Part shown: positions 17,871-25,052 of the stretch, one piece after another
Layout of the letters: the number at the start of each line of letters is the position of its first letter
Numbering within the stretch: the first letter of the stretch is position 1
NCBI RefSeq assembly: GCF_000012925.1
Contig: NC_007517.1
Location: 270,001-302,000 of the forward strand
DNA: 32,000 bases
Source: Geobacter metallireducens GS-15
GTDB lineage: Bacteria; Desulfobacterota; Desulfuromonadia; Geobacterales; Geobacteraceae
Direction of reading: 5' to 3'
The notes under the pieces: model-generated
The model's input: only the letters and a program-made list of their open reading frames with translations
What the model was told of the DNA's origin: nothing
Database searches by the model: none
Translations under genes and position numbers: made by a program

Positions 17871-19124
17871 ATGAGCAATACCAGCCGTATCCGCCGCCAG
17901 CGCTGGGTGATCTTCTCGGTGCTGGCGCTCATGTATATTCTCGTCTATTTCTACCGGGTCTCCCTGGCGGTGGTGGCAGGGGACATCTCCCGGGAACTGC
18001 GGCTCACCCCCCAGCAACTGGGCTCCCTCTCGGGGATCCTCTTCTACGTCTATGCCGTGGCCCAGCTCCCCCTGGGCCCCATGATCGACCGGCTGGGGAG
18101 CCGGCTCGTCATCAGCGGCTGCGGCGTGCTGACCACCATCGGCGGCCTCCTCTTCTCCCAGGCGGACACCCTCGCCATGGCCATGGCGGCCCGGGTGTTC
18201 ATCGGCATTGGCACCGCGTCGGTGCTCATGGCCACCTTCACCATCTTCAGCCACTGGTTTTCCAAGCAGGAATTCGGCCGGGTCTCCGGCTTCATGGTGG
18301 CCATCGGGAACCTGGGAAACCTCTCGGCCACGGCCCCTCTGGCCCTGGCGGTGGCCGCCATCGGCTGGCGCTCCTCGTTCCTGGTAATCGGCATCCTCCA
18401 GGCGGTGGTGACGGTACTGGTTTTTAGCATGGTAAAGGATCGCCCGCCGGTGGCGGACCCCGGAGACGCCGCCGACGCCGCCAGACCCGCCGGCATGCTG
18501 GATGCCTGGGGAGAGATCTTCTCCAACCCCCATTTCTGGCTCCTGGGAGGGGTCTCCTTCTTCTGGTACGGCAATTACCTGGCCCTCCAGGGGCTGTGGG
18601 GCGGCCCCTACCTCATGGAGGTGATGCGCCTCTCCCGGGCCGCCACCGGCCAGATGCTCATGTTCACCTCCCTGGGGTTCATCTCCGGGAGCATGGTGGT
18701 CGACACCGTGGCCCGCCGGCTCTTCCGCTCCTACAAGAAAACCCTTCTGGCAGGGCAGATAGTGCTTCTCATTCTCATGTCCGGCTTTCTCGGTACGGCC
18801 GAGACGCTTCCCCGCCCGCTCCTGGCGCTCCTCTTCTTCGCCATCGGCCTGGCCGTCTCCAGCGGAGTCATGATCTACCCTATCATCCGCTCCATGTTCT
18901 CCGTGCGGATCGTGGGGACGGCCCTCACCTCCCTCAACTTCTTCGTTCTCATGGGGGCGGCGATGACCCAGCAGATCATGGGGGTGATTGTCGGTTCCTA
19001 CGGGCGCGGTGCTGCGGGCGCATCTCCCTCTGCCTACCATGCCGCCTTCCTCTTCCCCGTGGCGGGTCTGGCCGTTGCCATCGTAGCGTATTTTTTTGCG
19101 CGGGATTATTCGGAGAAGGGGTAA
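17871..19124 (+). CDS. MFS transporter
   Basis: 417 aa, about 12 TM segments, with the MFS loop motif GPMIDRLGSRL. It lies 27 nt after the acyl-CoA ligase, so it is probably co-transcribed. Confidence 0.9.
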   Translation: MSNTSRIRRQRWVIFSVLALMYILVYFYRVSLAVVAGDISRELRLTPQQLGSLSGILFYVYAVAQLPLGPMIDRLGSRLVISGCGVLTTIGGLLFSQADTLAMAMAARVFIGIGTASVLMATFTIFSHWFSKQEFGRVSGFMVAIGNLGNLSATAPLALAVAAIGWRSSFLVIGILQAVVTVLVFSMVKDRPPVADPGDAADAARPAGMLDAWGEIFSNPHFWLLGGVSFFWYGNYLALQGLWGGPYLMEVMRLSRAATGQMLMFTSLGFISGSMVVDTVARRLFRSYKKTLLAGQIVLLILMSGFLGTAETLPRPLLALLFFAIGLAVSSGVMIYPIIRSMFSVRIVGTALTSLNFFVLMGAAMTQQIMGVIVGSYGRGAAGASPSAYHAAFLFPVAGLAVAIVAYFFARDYSEKG

Positions 19125-19126
19125 GC

Positions 19127-19322
19127 CCCAGCCGGTGAGCGCCGTGACCCCTGCTACGCTCAAAGTGCCGCTCGCACCGCCGCTGTAGGGCTCATTCCGC
19201 GCCGCCCCATCAACTCGCCCTGCGGGCTCAGACACGATGGGTCGGCTTTGCTCCATTTCGCCTACAGCGGCTGGCGCTCGGGCACATTCGCTTCGCATGG
19301 CCCACGGCGCTCACCGGCTGGG
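19127..19322. repeat. 196-nt imperfect palindromic element with 20-bp perfect terminal inverted repeats (REP/MITE-like)
   Basis: cccagccggtgagcgccgtg (19127-19146) is the exact reverse complement of cacggcgctcaccggctggg (19303-19322). The inner 11-bp arms gccgctgtagg (19179-19189) and cctacagcggc (19261-19271) are also perfect. It starts 3 nt after the MFS stop. No flanking direct repeat was seen. Confidence 0.6.
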
Positions 19323-19329
19323 TAAACGT

Positions 19330-19522
19330 GAAAAGGCCCGCCAAATGATTCGGCGGGCCTCTCTTGTCTCAACTTCTGTTCTCCCCATTTCAGGGTCATG
19401 CCGGCTCGGTACTTCAGCCGGCCACGTGCTGCCTCAGATTGTGTTCGGGAGTAGCTACCTCTATAACGGGGCCCTCCTTCTGGTGACAGTCTGTTGCACT
19501 TCTGTTGCCGGTAGCGCTACCT
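19330..19522 (-). ncRNA. Hypothetical ~190-nt small RNA (promoter-like -10 to intrinsic terminator); no known family recognised
   Basis: Minus-strand TATAGT (plus actata at 19529-19534) lies about 170 nt upstream of the terminator hairpin (19334-19360) that ends in U4 on the same strand. There is no ORF with an RBS. The interval contains a 12-nt palindrome ggtagcgctacc, a 7-bp hairpin gccggct/agccggc, and a direct repeat AACAGAAGT present twice. Confidence 0.2.
19334..19360. terminator. Possibly bidirectional intrinsic terminator hairpin
   Basis: 9-bp stem aggcccgcc / ggcgggcct with a 9-nt loop. The minus strand is followed by TTTTCAC and the plus strand by CTCTTGTCTC. Confidence 0.6.
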
Positions 19523-19628
19523 GATTCAACTATACCTTTGGAAAAATTCCCTGCACAGACTGTAAAAAAAATTTTTTCCCGGTATAATGTGACATTGTGC
19601 CAAAGGGGGCGGGAAACTGCTCCTTTTC

Positions 19629-20624
19629 TCATTGGATGTCTCTCAGGGTGGAGGCGAAGGCCGCGACAGTCCGCGCTTTCTTGAGCTGTTTGAGCCCCTT
19701 TGCCAGGAAGGGATCGTCCATGGTGGCCATGACTCCCTTGATCTTCCCCAGAATCTGCGTGTCGCCGCAGAAGATTTCGCCGTATCCCTCCAGCAACTCC
19801 CCCAGATAACGCTTGAGCATTGCCACCCGTTCCTCACCGGTCGGTTCGGCCGGCGCCTTGCCCCTGAGCCGCTGGAACAGCAGGGGGTCGGCGATGGCTC
19901 CCCTCCCCAGCATGAGTCCCGTCGCCCCCGTTTTCCGCAGGACCCGCAGACCGTCGGCGGCGCTCCGGACGTCGCCGTTGGCGATGACCGGGAGCCGGGT
20001 CTGCCGCACCACCTCGGCGGTAACGGCATGGTCGGCGTGGCCGGTGTATTCCTGCACAACCGTCCGGGGATGGAGCACCAGGAAGTCGACCCCCGCCTCC
20101 TCGAACAGGGGGAGGAGGGTCATTATCTGCCCGGAGTCGTCGTAGCCTGCCCTGACCTTGACGGAAAATGTCCCCGCAATGGCCCTCCGCAGGGCTGGGA
20201 TGAGCTCTTCCAGGGCCTCGGGGCGGTGCAGCATCCCTCCGCCGGTGAGGCCGGAAGTCATCCGTCCGTAGGGACAGCCGAGATTAAGGTTGATGTGGAC
20301 TGCCCCGGCCTCCTGAGCCGTCCGGGCAGCGGCCACCAGGGCTTTATGGTCGTGACCGATGAGCTGTACCACCAGGGGGACGCCCCCCTCCACGGCGGCC
20401 ACCTCCCGCAGATCCCCCGCCCTGATCGGCTGCCGCGCTCCGCCGGGATTGACCCGCATGAACTCGGTAAAGACCACATCGGGCCGTACCCAGTTGATGA
20501 ACAGGGCACGCAGGGCGCGGTTCGTCAGCCCCTGCATGGGGGCCAGCATCAGGGGGGTGTGGCCGGTCGGCCAGGGGAGGGGAGTGCGTGGAGTTGTAAC
20601 GGGTGATGGAGTTGTGTCGTGCAT
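19629..20624 (-). CDS. tRNA-dihydrouridine synthase (Dus family, FMN-dependent)
   Basis: MLAPMQGLTNRALR, VHINLNLGCPYGRM, FSVKVRAGYDD, LVLHPRTVVQEYTGHADH are Dus motifs. Confidence 0.9.
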   Translation of the reverse strand: MHDTTPSPVTTPRTPLPWPTGHTPLMLAPMQGLTNRALRALFINWVRPDVVFTEFMRVNPGGARQPIRAGDLREVAAVEGGVPLVVQLIGHDHKALVAAARTAQEAGAVHINLNLGCPYGRMTSGLTGGGMLHRPEALEELIPALRRAIAGTFSVKVRAGYDDSGQIMTLLPLFEEAGVDFLVLHPRTVVQEYTGHADHAVTAEVVRQTRLPVIANGDVRSAADGLRVLRKTGATGLMLGRGAIADPLLFQRLRGKAPAEPTGEERVAMLKRYLGELLEGYGEIFCGDTQILGKIKGVMATMDDPFLAKGLKQLKKARTVAAFASTLRDIQ

Positions 20625-20646
20625 AGTGGCTAAGGGGGAAAGACGA

Positions 20647-20671
20647 CAAAGGCGGCCATGGGCCGCCTTTG
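20647..20671 (-). terminator. Terminator-like hairpin after the FKBP gene
   Basis: Perfect 11-bp stem caaaggcggcc / ggccgcctttg with a 3-nt loop, 33 nt past the stop at 20704. The minus-strand tail TCGTCTTTCC is only a weak U tract. Confidence 0.45.
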
Positions 20672-20703
20672 CTGTTCTCGTACGCCGATTTTTCGGGAAA
20701 ATC

Positions 20704-21207
20704 CTAGAGGATCTCCACCAGCTCGAATTCGTAGGTAAGATCTTCGCCTGCCAGGGGATGGTTGGCGTCGAAGGTTACGCTGTCGGCGGTCACTTCAACC
20801 ACGGCCACCCCGATCTCCTCTTCGTCGTCGTTGGCGAGCACCAACTCCAGCCCCACCTCGGGAACCAGGTCCGCCGGGAGGTCGCTCTTGGGGACCGTGA
20901 AGACCTTTTCCTCGTCGTACTCGCCGAAGGCGTCCTCTGCGGGGATCGTGACGGTCTTCTTCTCGCCGGGGGCCATGCCGATCAGGGCCTCCTCCACCTG
21001 CTCGAAGAACTCCCCTCCGCCGATGGTGATCTCCATGGGGCCCGCCTCGCAGCTGCAGTCGTCGTCATCGCAGCCGTGGTCTGATTCGCAGCCGCAATCA
21101 TCGCTCTCGCAGCATTCCACTTCACGGGTGCTGTCGAAAACCGTTCCATCTTCAAGCTTGCCGGTAAAGTCTATTTTGACCCGGTCGCCCTTCTGTGCCT
21201 GTTTCAT
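20704..21207 (-). CDS. SlyD-like FKBP-type peptidyl-prolyl cis-trans isomerase with an internal Cys/Asp-rich insert
   Basis: GDRVKIDFTGKLEDGTVFDST, EEALIGMAPGEKKTVTIPAEDAFGEYD, FDANHPLAGEDLTYEFELVEI match the FKBP plus IF-domain layout of SlyD. The insert is ECCESDDCGCESDHGCDDDDCSCEA. Confidence 0.9.
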   Translation of the reverse strand: MKQAQKGDRVKIDFTGKLEDGTVFDSTREVECCESDDCGCESDHGCDDDDCSCEAGPMEITIGGGEFFEQVEEALIGMAPGEKKTVTIPAEDAFGEYDEEKVFTVPKSDLPADLVPEVGLELVLANDDEEEIGVAVVEVTADSVTFDANHPLAGEDLTYEFELVEIL

Positions 21208-21317
21208 TAATGTAGTCCTTCCGTACCCTTATGATATATCCGGCCCGTGGCCGATTCCGCCATCGTACGCGGTCTTGCGCCCTGCAGTCCAGTGAAAATA
21301 TCTTTATCCCTCTCCCA

Positions 21318-22388
21318 TCATTCGGTGAAGGCCAGTTTCCGTTCCAGGTCCATGGAGCGGGTGATCTGCTTGGCCTGATCGAAGGTGATGATCTCCTTCT
21401 CGCAGAGCTCCAGGAGGTGCTGGTCCAGGGTCTGCATGTGGTAGAGGGAACGGCCGTTCTCGATGTGCTTCTCGATCTCGTCGAGGCGCCCCTCGCGGAT
21501 GCATGCCTGGATGGTGGTGGTGGCCCGCATGATCTCCACCACCGGGAGGATGTTCTCGCCGCTCTTGTCCTTGATGAGCCGCAACGACACCGTGGCCACC
21601 AGGATGTCGGCCAGGCGCTGGCGCAGGACCTCCTGGGCGTCGGGGGGGAAGTGGCCGATGAGCCGGTTGATGGTGGAGACGGCGCTCTGGGTGTGGAGGG
21701 TGGAGAAGACCAGGTGCCCCGTTTCCGCCGCCTTGATGCAGGAGTCGATGGTCTCCAGGTCCCGCATCTCCCCCACCATGATGACGTCGGGGTCCATCCG
21801 CAGCGCCGAGCGAAGCGCCGCGCTGAAGTTTTCCGTGTCGATCCCCACCTCCCGCTGGATGATGCAGCTCCGGTCAGAGGTGAAGAGGAATTCGATGGGA
21901 TCCTCGATGGTGATGATGTTGAAGGAGCACGTCTCGTTCAGGTGGCGGAGCATGGAGGCAAGGGTCGTGGACTTGCCGTTGCCGGTGGGACCGGTGACCA
22001 GCACGAGCCCGTTGGGGGCCTTGGCGATCTCCCCTAGGACCGGCGGCAGGTTCAGTTCCTCGAAGCTCCCCACATGGGGAGGGATCACCCGCATGACGAT
22101 GCCGATGGCCCCCCGCTGGCGGAAGATGCTGACCCGGAAGCGGCCGCCGTTGGGGAGGGAATAAGAGGCGTCCAATTCCCGCAGATTGTCGGGGAAAGTG
22201 CGCCGGTTCTGCTCCAGGACGGTTTTGGCGATGAATTCCGTGTCCTGGGGGGTCAGCCGGGGGAGCTTGGAGCGGAGCAGTTGCCCCTTGGCCCGGAAGA
22301 AGGGGGGATTGTCCACCTCGAAATGGAGATCCGACACCCGCTTCTCGAAGGCGATACCCAGTATCTGGTTCAGAAGGTTCATATCCAT
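21318..22388 (-). CDS. pilT: PilT-family type IV pilus retraction ATPase paralogue
   Basis: Walker A GPTGNGKST, Asp box IITIEDPIEF, Walker B VIMVGEMRD, His box GHLVFSTLHT, and a PilT-type TIQACIREGRLDEI segment. Confidence 0.9.
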   Translation of the reverse strand: MDMNLLNQILGIAFEKRVSDLHFEVDNPPFFRAKGQLLRSKLPRLTPQDTEFIAKTVLEQNRRTFPDNLRELDASYSLPNGGRFRVSIFRQRGAIGIVMRVIPPHVGSFEELNLPPVLGEIAKAPNGLVLVTGPTGNGKSTTLASMLRHLNETCSFNIITIEDPIEFLFTSDRSCIIQREVGIDTENFSAALRSALRMDPDVIMVGEMRDLETIDSCIKAAETGHLVFSTLHTQSAVSTINRLIGHFPPDAQEVLRQRLADILVATVSLRLIKDKSGENILPVVEIMRATTTIQACIREGRLDEIEKHIENGRSLYHMQTLDQHLLELCEKEIITFDQAKQITRSMDLERKLAFTE

Positions 22389-22416
22389 GAAAGTACCTCG
22401 CTAACGTCTCGTTCCA

Positions 22417-24162
22417 TCAGGGGTGCGGCTTTTCACGCTTTCGGCGGTAGACGGCGTTTTCCAGCACGATCCCTGCCTCCCCGGCCAGGATTTCCAGGAA
22501 ATCCACCGGGACCGGGGCCGGCTCCCCTTGGCCGAAGTCCCCGTAAATGAGGGAGACGGTCTTGCCGAAGCTCTCGAGGGGAAGGAGAAAGACCGTGGGG
22601 TTAAGCGGTGCCCCGATGGCGGCGAAAAGATGTCCCCGCACTATCTCATCGTCAGTTTTTCCGAAAAATGCACCTCTTTTTTCAATGACCTTGGTAAAAA
22701 GCGACGGCTGAGCCAGGGGAATCGTGAACCGGAGCGGCGGGCTGGCGCCGTCTTGCCGGTCGCCGCGGATCCCGATGGAGCGCTCGGCAATCAGTTCCGT
22801 ATCGCGGACGATGAGGGTGAGGGCCCGGTCGAGTTCTCCCGCCACCGACTGCAGCAGGGAGAGGGCGATCTCCGGGGGCTCCCCCAGCCCCCGCAGCGCA
22901 GCGACGCTGGTGGCGATCCTGGCGGCCGGCGTACTCCCCTGGTCGCGCCCCATGGCCCGCAGGTAGGCGGGAAGCGCTCCCAGGAACCGGAGAGTGTCCT
23001 CCAGGAAGGTCTCTCCCCGCTCCTCGCGCACGGGGCGCGGGAACACGGCCCTGGCCCCTTCCTTGAGGGAGTCGAGGGTGAAGACGTAGTCCCCCGGGGA
23101 GACCAACTGCAGCATGGCAATCTGGGGATGGGCCTTCTGTTTCAGGAGCCGCAGCCCCTCCAGCTTGTGGGGGGAATACTGCACGCCGACGCTGTCGGGG
23201 GTGTCGAAGACGATGACCGGGAGGGCCTTTTTCGTCAGGAGTTGGTCGATGATCGGGTCCAGGTCCTGTTCGTCAGAGGTGGCGAGAACAGAGATTCCGT
23301 CCTTTCGGCAGGCCGTGGTTACGCAGTAGGCCATGAGTTCGTCGGCGCTGAAAAAGACCACCGACGGGACGGTCCCCTCCCGGTCTTCCACCATGCCGGA
23401 ATAGCTGCCGAGGAATGCCAGGAGCTCCTCCCGTTCCTTGTCCGAGAGGTCGGCGCCCAGTTCCTGGATCTTCAGGTGGGGAGTGCGGTCCTCCAGCCCC
23501 GCGAAGACCTTGGGGATCGACTTTTCCAGCTTGTCCACGTCGGCCAGCCCCAGGTCGTCGGCGGAGATGACGAACCCGCCCTCCTCGGCGGAAGTTTCTG
23601 GGGGCAGGGGCTCGTCGGTGATCTCTTCCACCACCAGAAGCCCGTCGCGCATCTTTTCGTCGAAAATCCGCAGGGCGTCCATCAGGACGTTCTCGGCGTG
23701 GAGAGTGATTTCCTGGTGGAGGTTTTCGGGGAAATAGCGGTACTCGTCGGAGACCGTGACGTTTGAGACGTCCAGGTCGAAAGTCCCCCGCTTCCAGGTG
23801 AGGATCTCCACCACCGTCAGCTCGATGAGGGCCTCCAGACCCCGGTAGGCATCCTCCTTCCGGACCCGCCCCCCCTCGATCAGGGTGGCCACCAGGGGCC
23901 GGCGGTTCGCTCCGGCGTTCCGCTGCTCCTCCAAAGCCGTCGCCAGGGTTTCGGCGGTGATGACCCCGGCCTCCACCAGGATGTTGCCGATCCGGAGGCT
24001 GTTGTCGTAATGGTTCGAGCTGATGATGTAGCCGTCGCTGAAGACGAGCTGGCTCTCACCCTTGCGCCCCTTGACCGTCAGGGCGCCCGACTTGCGGGTC
24101 GCATGGAGCAGTTGAATGACGTCAACAATGGAAAGGTGTTCAAGGTCTCCGGTGAATGACAT
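22417..24162 (-). CDS. DUF4388 (PATAN-type) domain protein with an embedded T2SSE_N/MshEN-like motif, a receiver-like middle region and a GAF-like C-terminus
   Basis: FTGDLEHLSIVDVIQLLHATRKSGALTVKG...LTWKRGTFDLD is the DUF4388 pattern, interrupted by LRIGNILVEAGVITAETLATALEEQ. The first ATG at 24160-24162 follows GAGGAG; the track start at 24234 is a TTG lying in a predicted -35 box. It ends 28 nt upstream of pilT. Confidence 0.8.
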   Translation of the reverse strand: MSFTGDLEHLSIVDVIQLLHATRKSGALTVKGRKGESQLVFSDGYIISSNHYDNSLRIGNILVEAGVITAETLATALEEQRNAGANRRPLVATLIEGGRVRKEDAYRGLEALIELTVVEILTWKRGTFDLDVSNVTVSDEYRYFPENLHQEITLHAENVLMDALRIFDEKMRDGLLVVEEITDEPLPPETSAEEGGFVISADDLGLADVDKLEKSIPKVFAGLEDRTPHLKIQELGADLSDKEREELLAFLGSYSGMVEDREGTVPSVVFFSADELMAYCVTTACRKDGISVLATSDEQDLDPIIDQLLTKKALPVIVFDTPDSVGVQYSPHKLEGLRLLKQKAHPQIAMLQLVSPGDYVFTLDSLKEGARAVFPRPVREERGETFLEDTLRFLGALPAYLRAMGRDQGSTPAARIATSVAALRGLGEPPEIALSLLQSVAGELDRALTLIVRDTELIAERSIGIRGDRQDGASPPLRFTIPLAQPSLFTKVIEKRGAFFGKTDDEIVRGHLFAAIGAPLNPTVFLLPLESFGKTVSLIYGDFGQGEPAPVPVDFLEILAGEAGIVLENAVYRRKREKPHP

Positions 24163-24205
24163 CCCGTGCGGCGCTCCTCTCGTGGCAGGTTTCGGCAAAG
24201 ATTCT

Positions 24206-24234
24206 ATTAAACTCGAAAAAGGTGCGGCATTCAA
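24206..24234 (-). promoter_or_regulatory. Sigma70-type promoter candidate for the DUF4388-pilT operon
   Basis: Minus strand: TTGAAT (24229-24234), a 17-nt spacer, then TTTAAT (24206-24211). Confidence 0.35.
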
Positions 24235-24289
24235 GCACTAACCGGCGGGAATCGTGGAGTTTGTTTCCCGTCGGGAGCCCACGACCTTC

Positions 24290-24318
24290 TTGACCCGGAC
24301 CACCGGACCCTGTATGGT
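24290..24318 (+). promoter_or_regulatory. Sigma70-type promoter candidate for yceH and the hydrolase gene
   Basis: TTGACC (24290-24295), a 17-nt spacer, then TATGGT (24313-24318). It lies about 45 nt upstream of the ATG at 24363. Confidence 0.4.
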
Positions 24319-24362
24319 TTGGGCAGATTATGACCGGTGCTCCACCGGAAAGGAGATCCCCC

Positions 24363-25022
24363 ATGGAAACCGTCCTGAATTCCTGCGAAATCCGCGTTCT
24401 CGGTTGCCTCGTCGAGAAGGAGCTGGCAACCCCCGAGTACTATCCCCTCACCCTCAACGCCCTGACGGCGGCCTGCAACCAGAAGTCGAACCGGGATCCG
24501 GTCATGGCCCTGGAGGATGCCGACGTGGTCCGGGCCCTGGACTCGCTCCGCATGAAGGGATTCGCCCGGCAGTCGGCCGAGGGGGTGCGGGCCATGAAAT
24601 ACTGCCACTGCCTGGCCGAGAAGTTCCTCCTGGAGCCCCCGGATCTTGCGGTCCTGGCGGAGCTCCTCGTGCGGGGACCCCAGACCGTTGGGGAACTCCG
24701 GACCCGGGCCGAGCGGATGCGCCCCTTTGCCGACCTGGCGGCGGTGGAGGAAGTCCTGCGGATGCTCATGGAGCGGGAGGAGCCCCTCGTCACCCGACTT
24801 CCCCGCCAGCCGGGGCGCAAGGAACAGCGCTATGCGCACCTCTTGGCGGGAGCGCCCGAGGCGGAGGGAGAGGAGAGCATGGCCCCCCCCGAGGGGGCGC
24901 GGCTTCAGGTGCGGGCCGAGAACGAGCGGGTGGCGAGGCTGGAGGAGGAGGTGACGGCGCTGCGGGCCGAAGTGGCCGAGCTGCGCCGGATGATGGAGGA
25001 GTTCCGGTCCCAGTTCGAGTAA
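24363..25022 (+). CDS. yceH: YceH family protein (UPF0502/DUF480)
   Basis: METVLNSCEIRVLGCLVEKELATPEYYPLTLNALTAACNQKSNRDPVM is the characteristic YceH N-terminus, with a C-terminal coiled coil. AAAGGAG lies 7 nt before the ATG at 24363. Confidence 0.85.
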   Translation: METVLNSCEIRVLGCLVEKELATPEYYPLTLNALTAACNQKSNRDPVMALEDADVVRALDSLRMKGFARQSAEGVRAMKYCHCLAEKFLLEPPDLAVLAELLVRGPQTVGELRTRAERMRPFADLAAVEEVLRMLMEREEPLVTRLPRQPGRKEQRYAHLLAGAPEAEGEESMAPPEGARLQVRAENERVARLEEEVTALRAEVAELRRMMEEFRSQFE

Positions 25023-25052
25023 TGGGAGGCAAACCAGGCACGGAGGCACACC

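Noticed and set aside
16161-19298. A 1045-aa stop-free ORF on the minus strand spanning two plus-strand genes and their spacer
   Set aside because: It is exactly antisense and codon-phased to the acyl-CoA ligase and MFS genes, which share a frame. Its translation is low-complexity and rich in Gly/Arg/His/Glu/Pro. High GC3 in the real genes depletes the TTA/CTA/TCA codons that would give antisense stops. The plus-strand products carry clear family motifs.
19583-19588. A perfect plus-strand TATAAT after an A8T6 tract
   Set aside because: There is no acceptable -35 (ctgtaa at best), and a transcript from here would only run antisense into the 3' end of dus. The 70-aa plus-strand ORF at 19597-19809 is a shadow frame. 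An antisense RNA cannot be excluded, but I see no positive evidence for one.
24163-24234. The TTG start at 24234 for the DUF4388 protein. Other over-extended track starts: 2558 for GT2, 11995 for coxD, 14898 for UPF0126, 26778 for NUDIX, 27949 for PilZ, 29305 for DUF3124 and 31615 for the lipoprotein.
   Set aside because: The extensions overlap neighbouring genes or promoter elements, lack ribosome-binding sites and add non-conserved N-termini. Downstream ATG/GTG codons with AGGAG-type sites give N-termini typical of each family.
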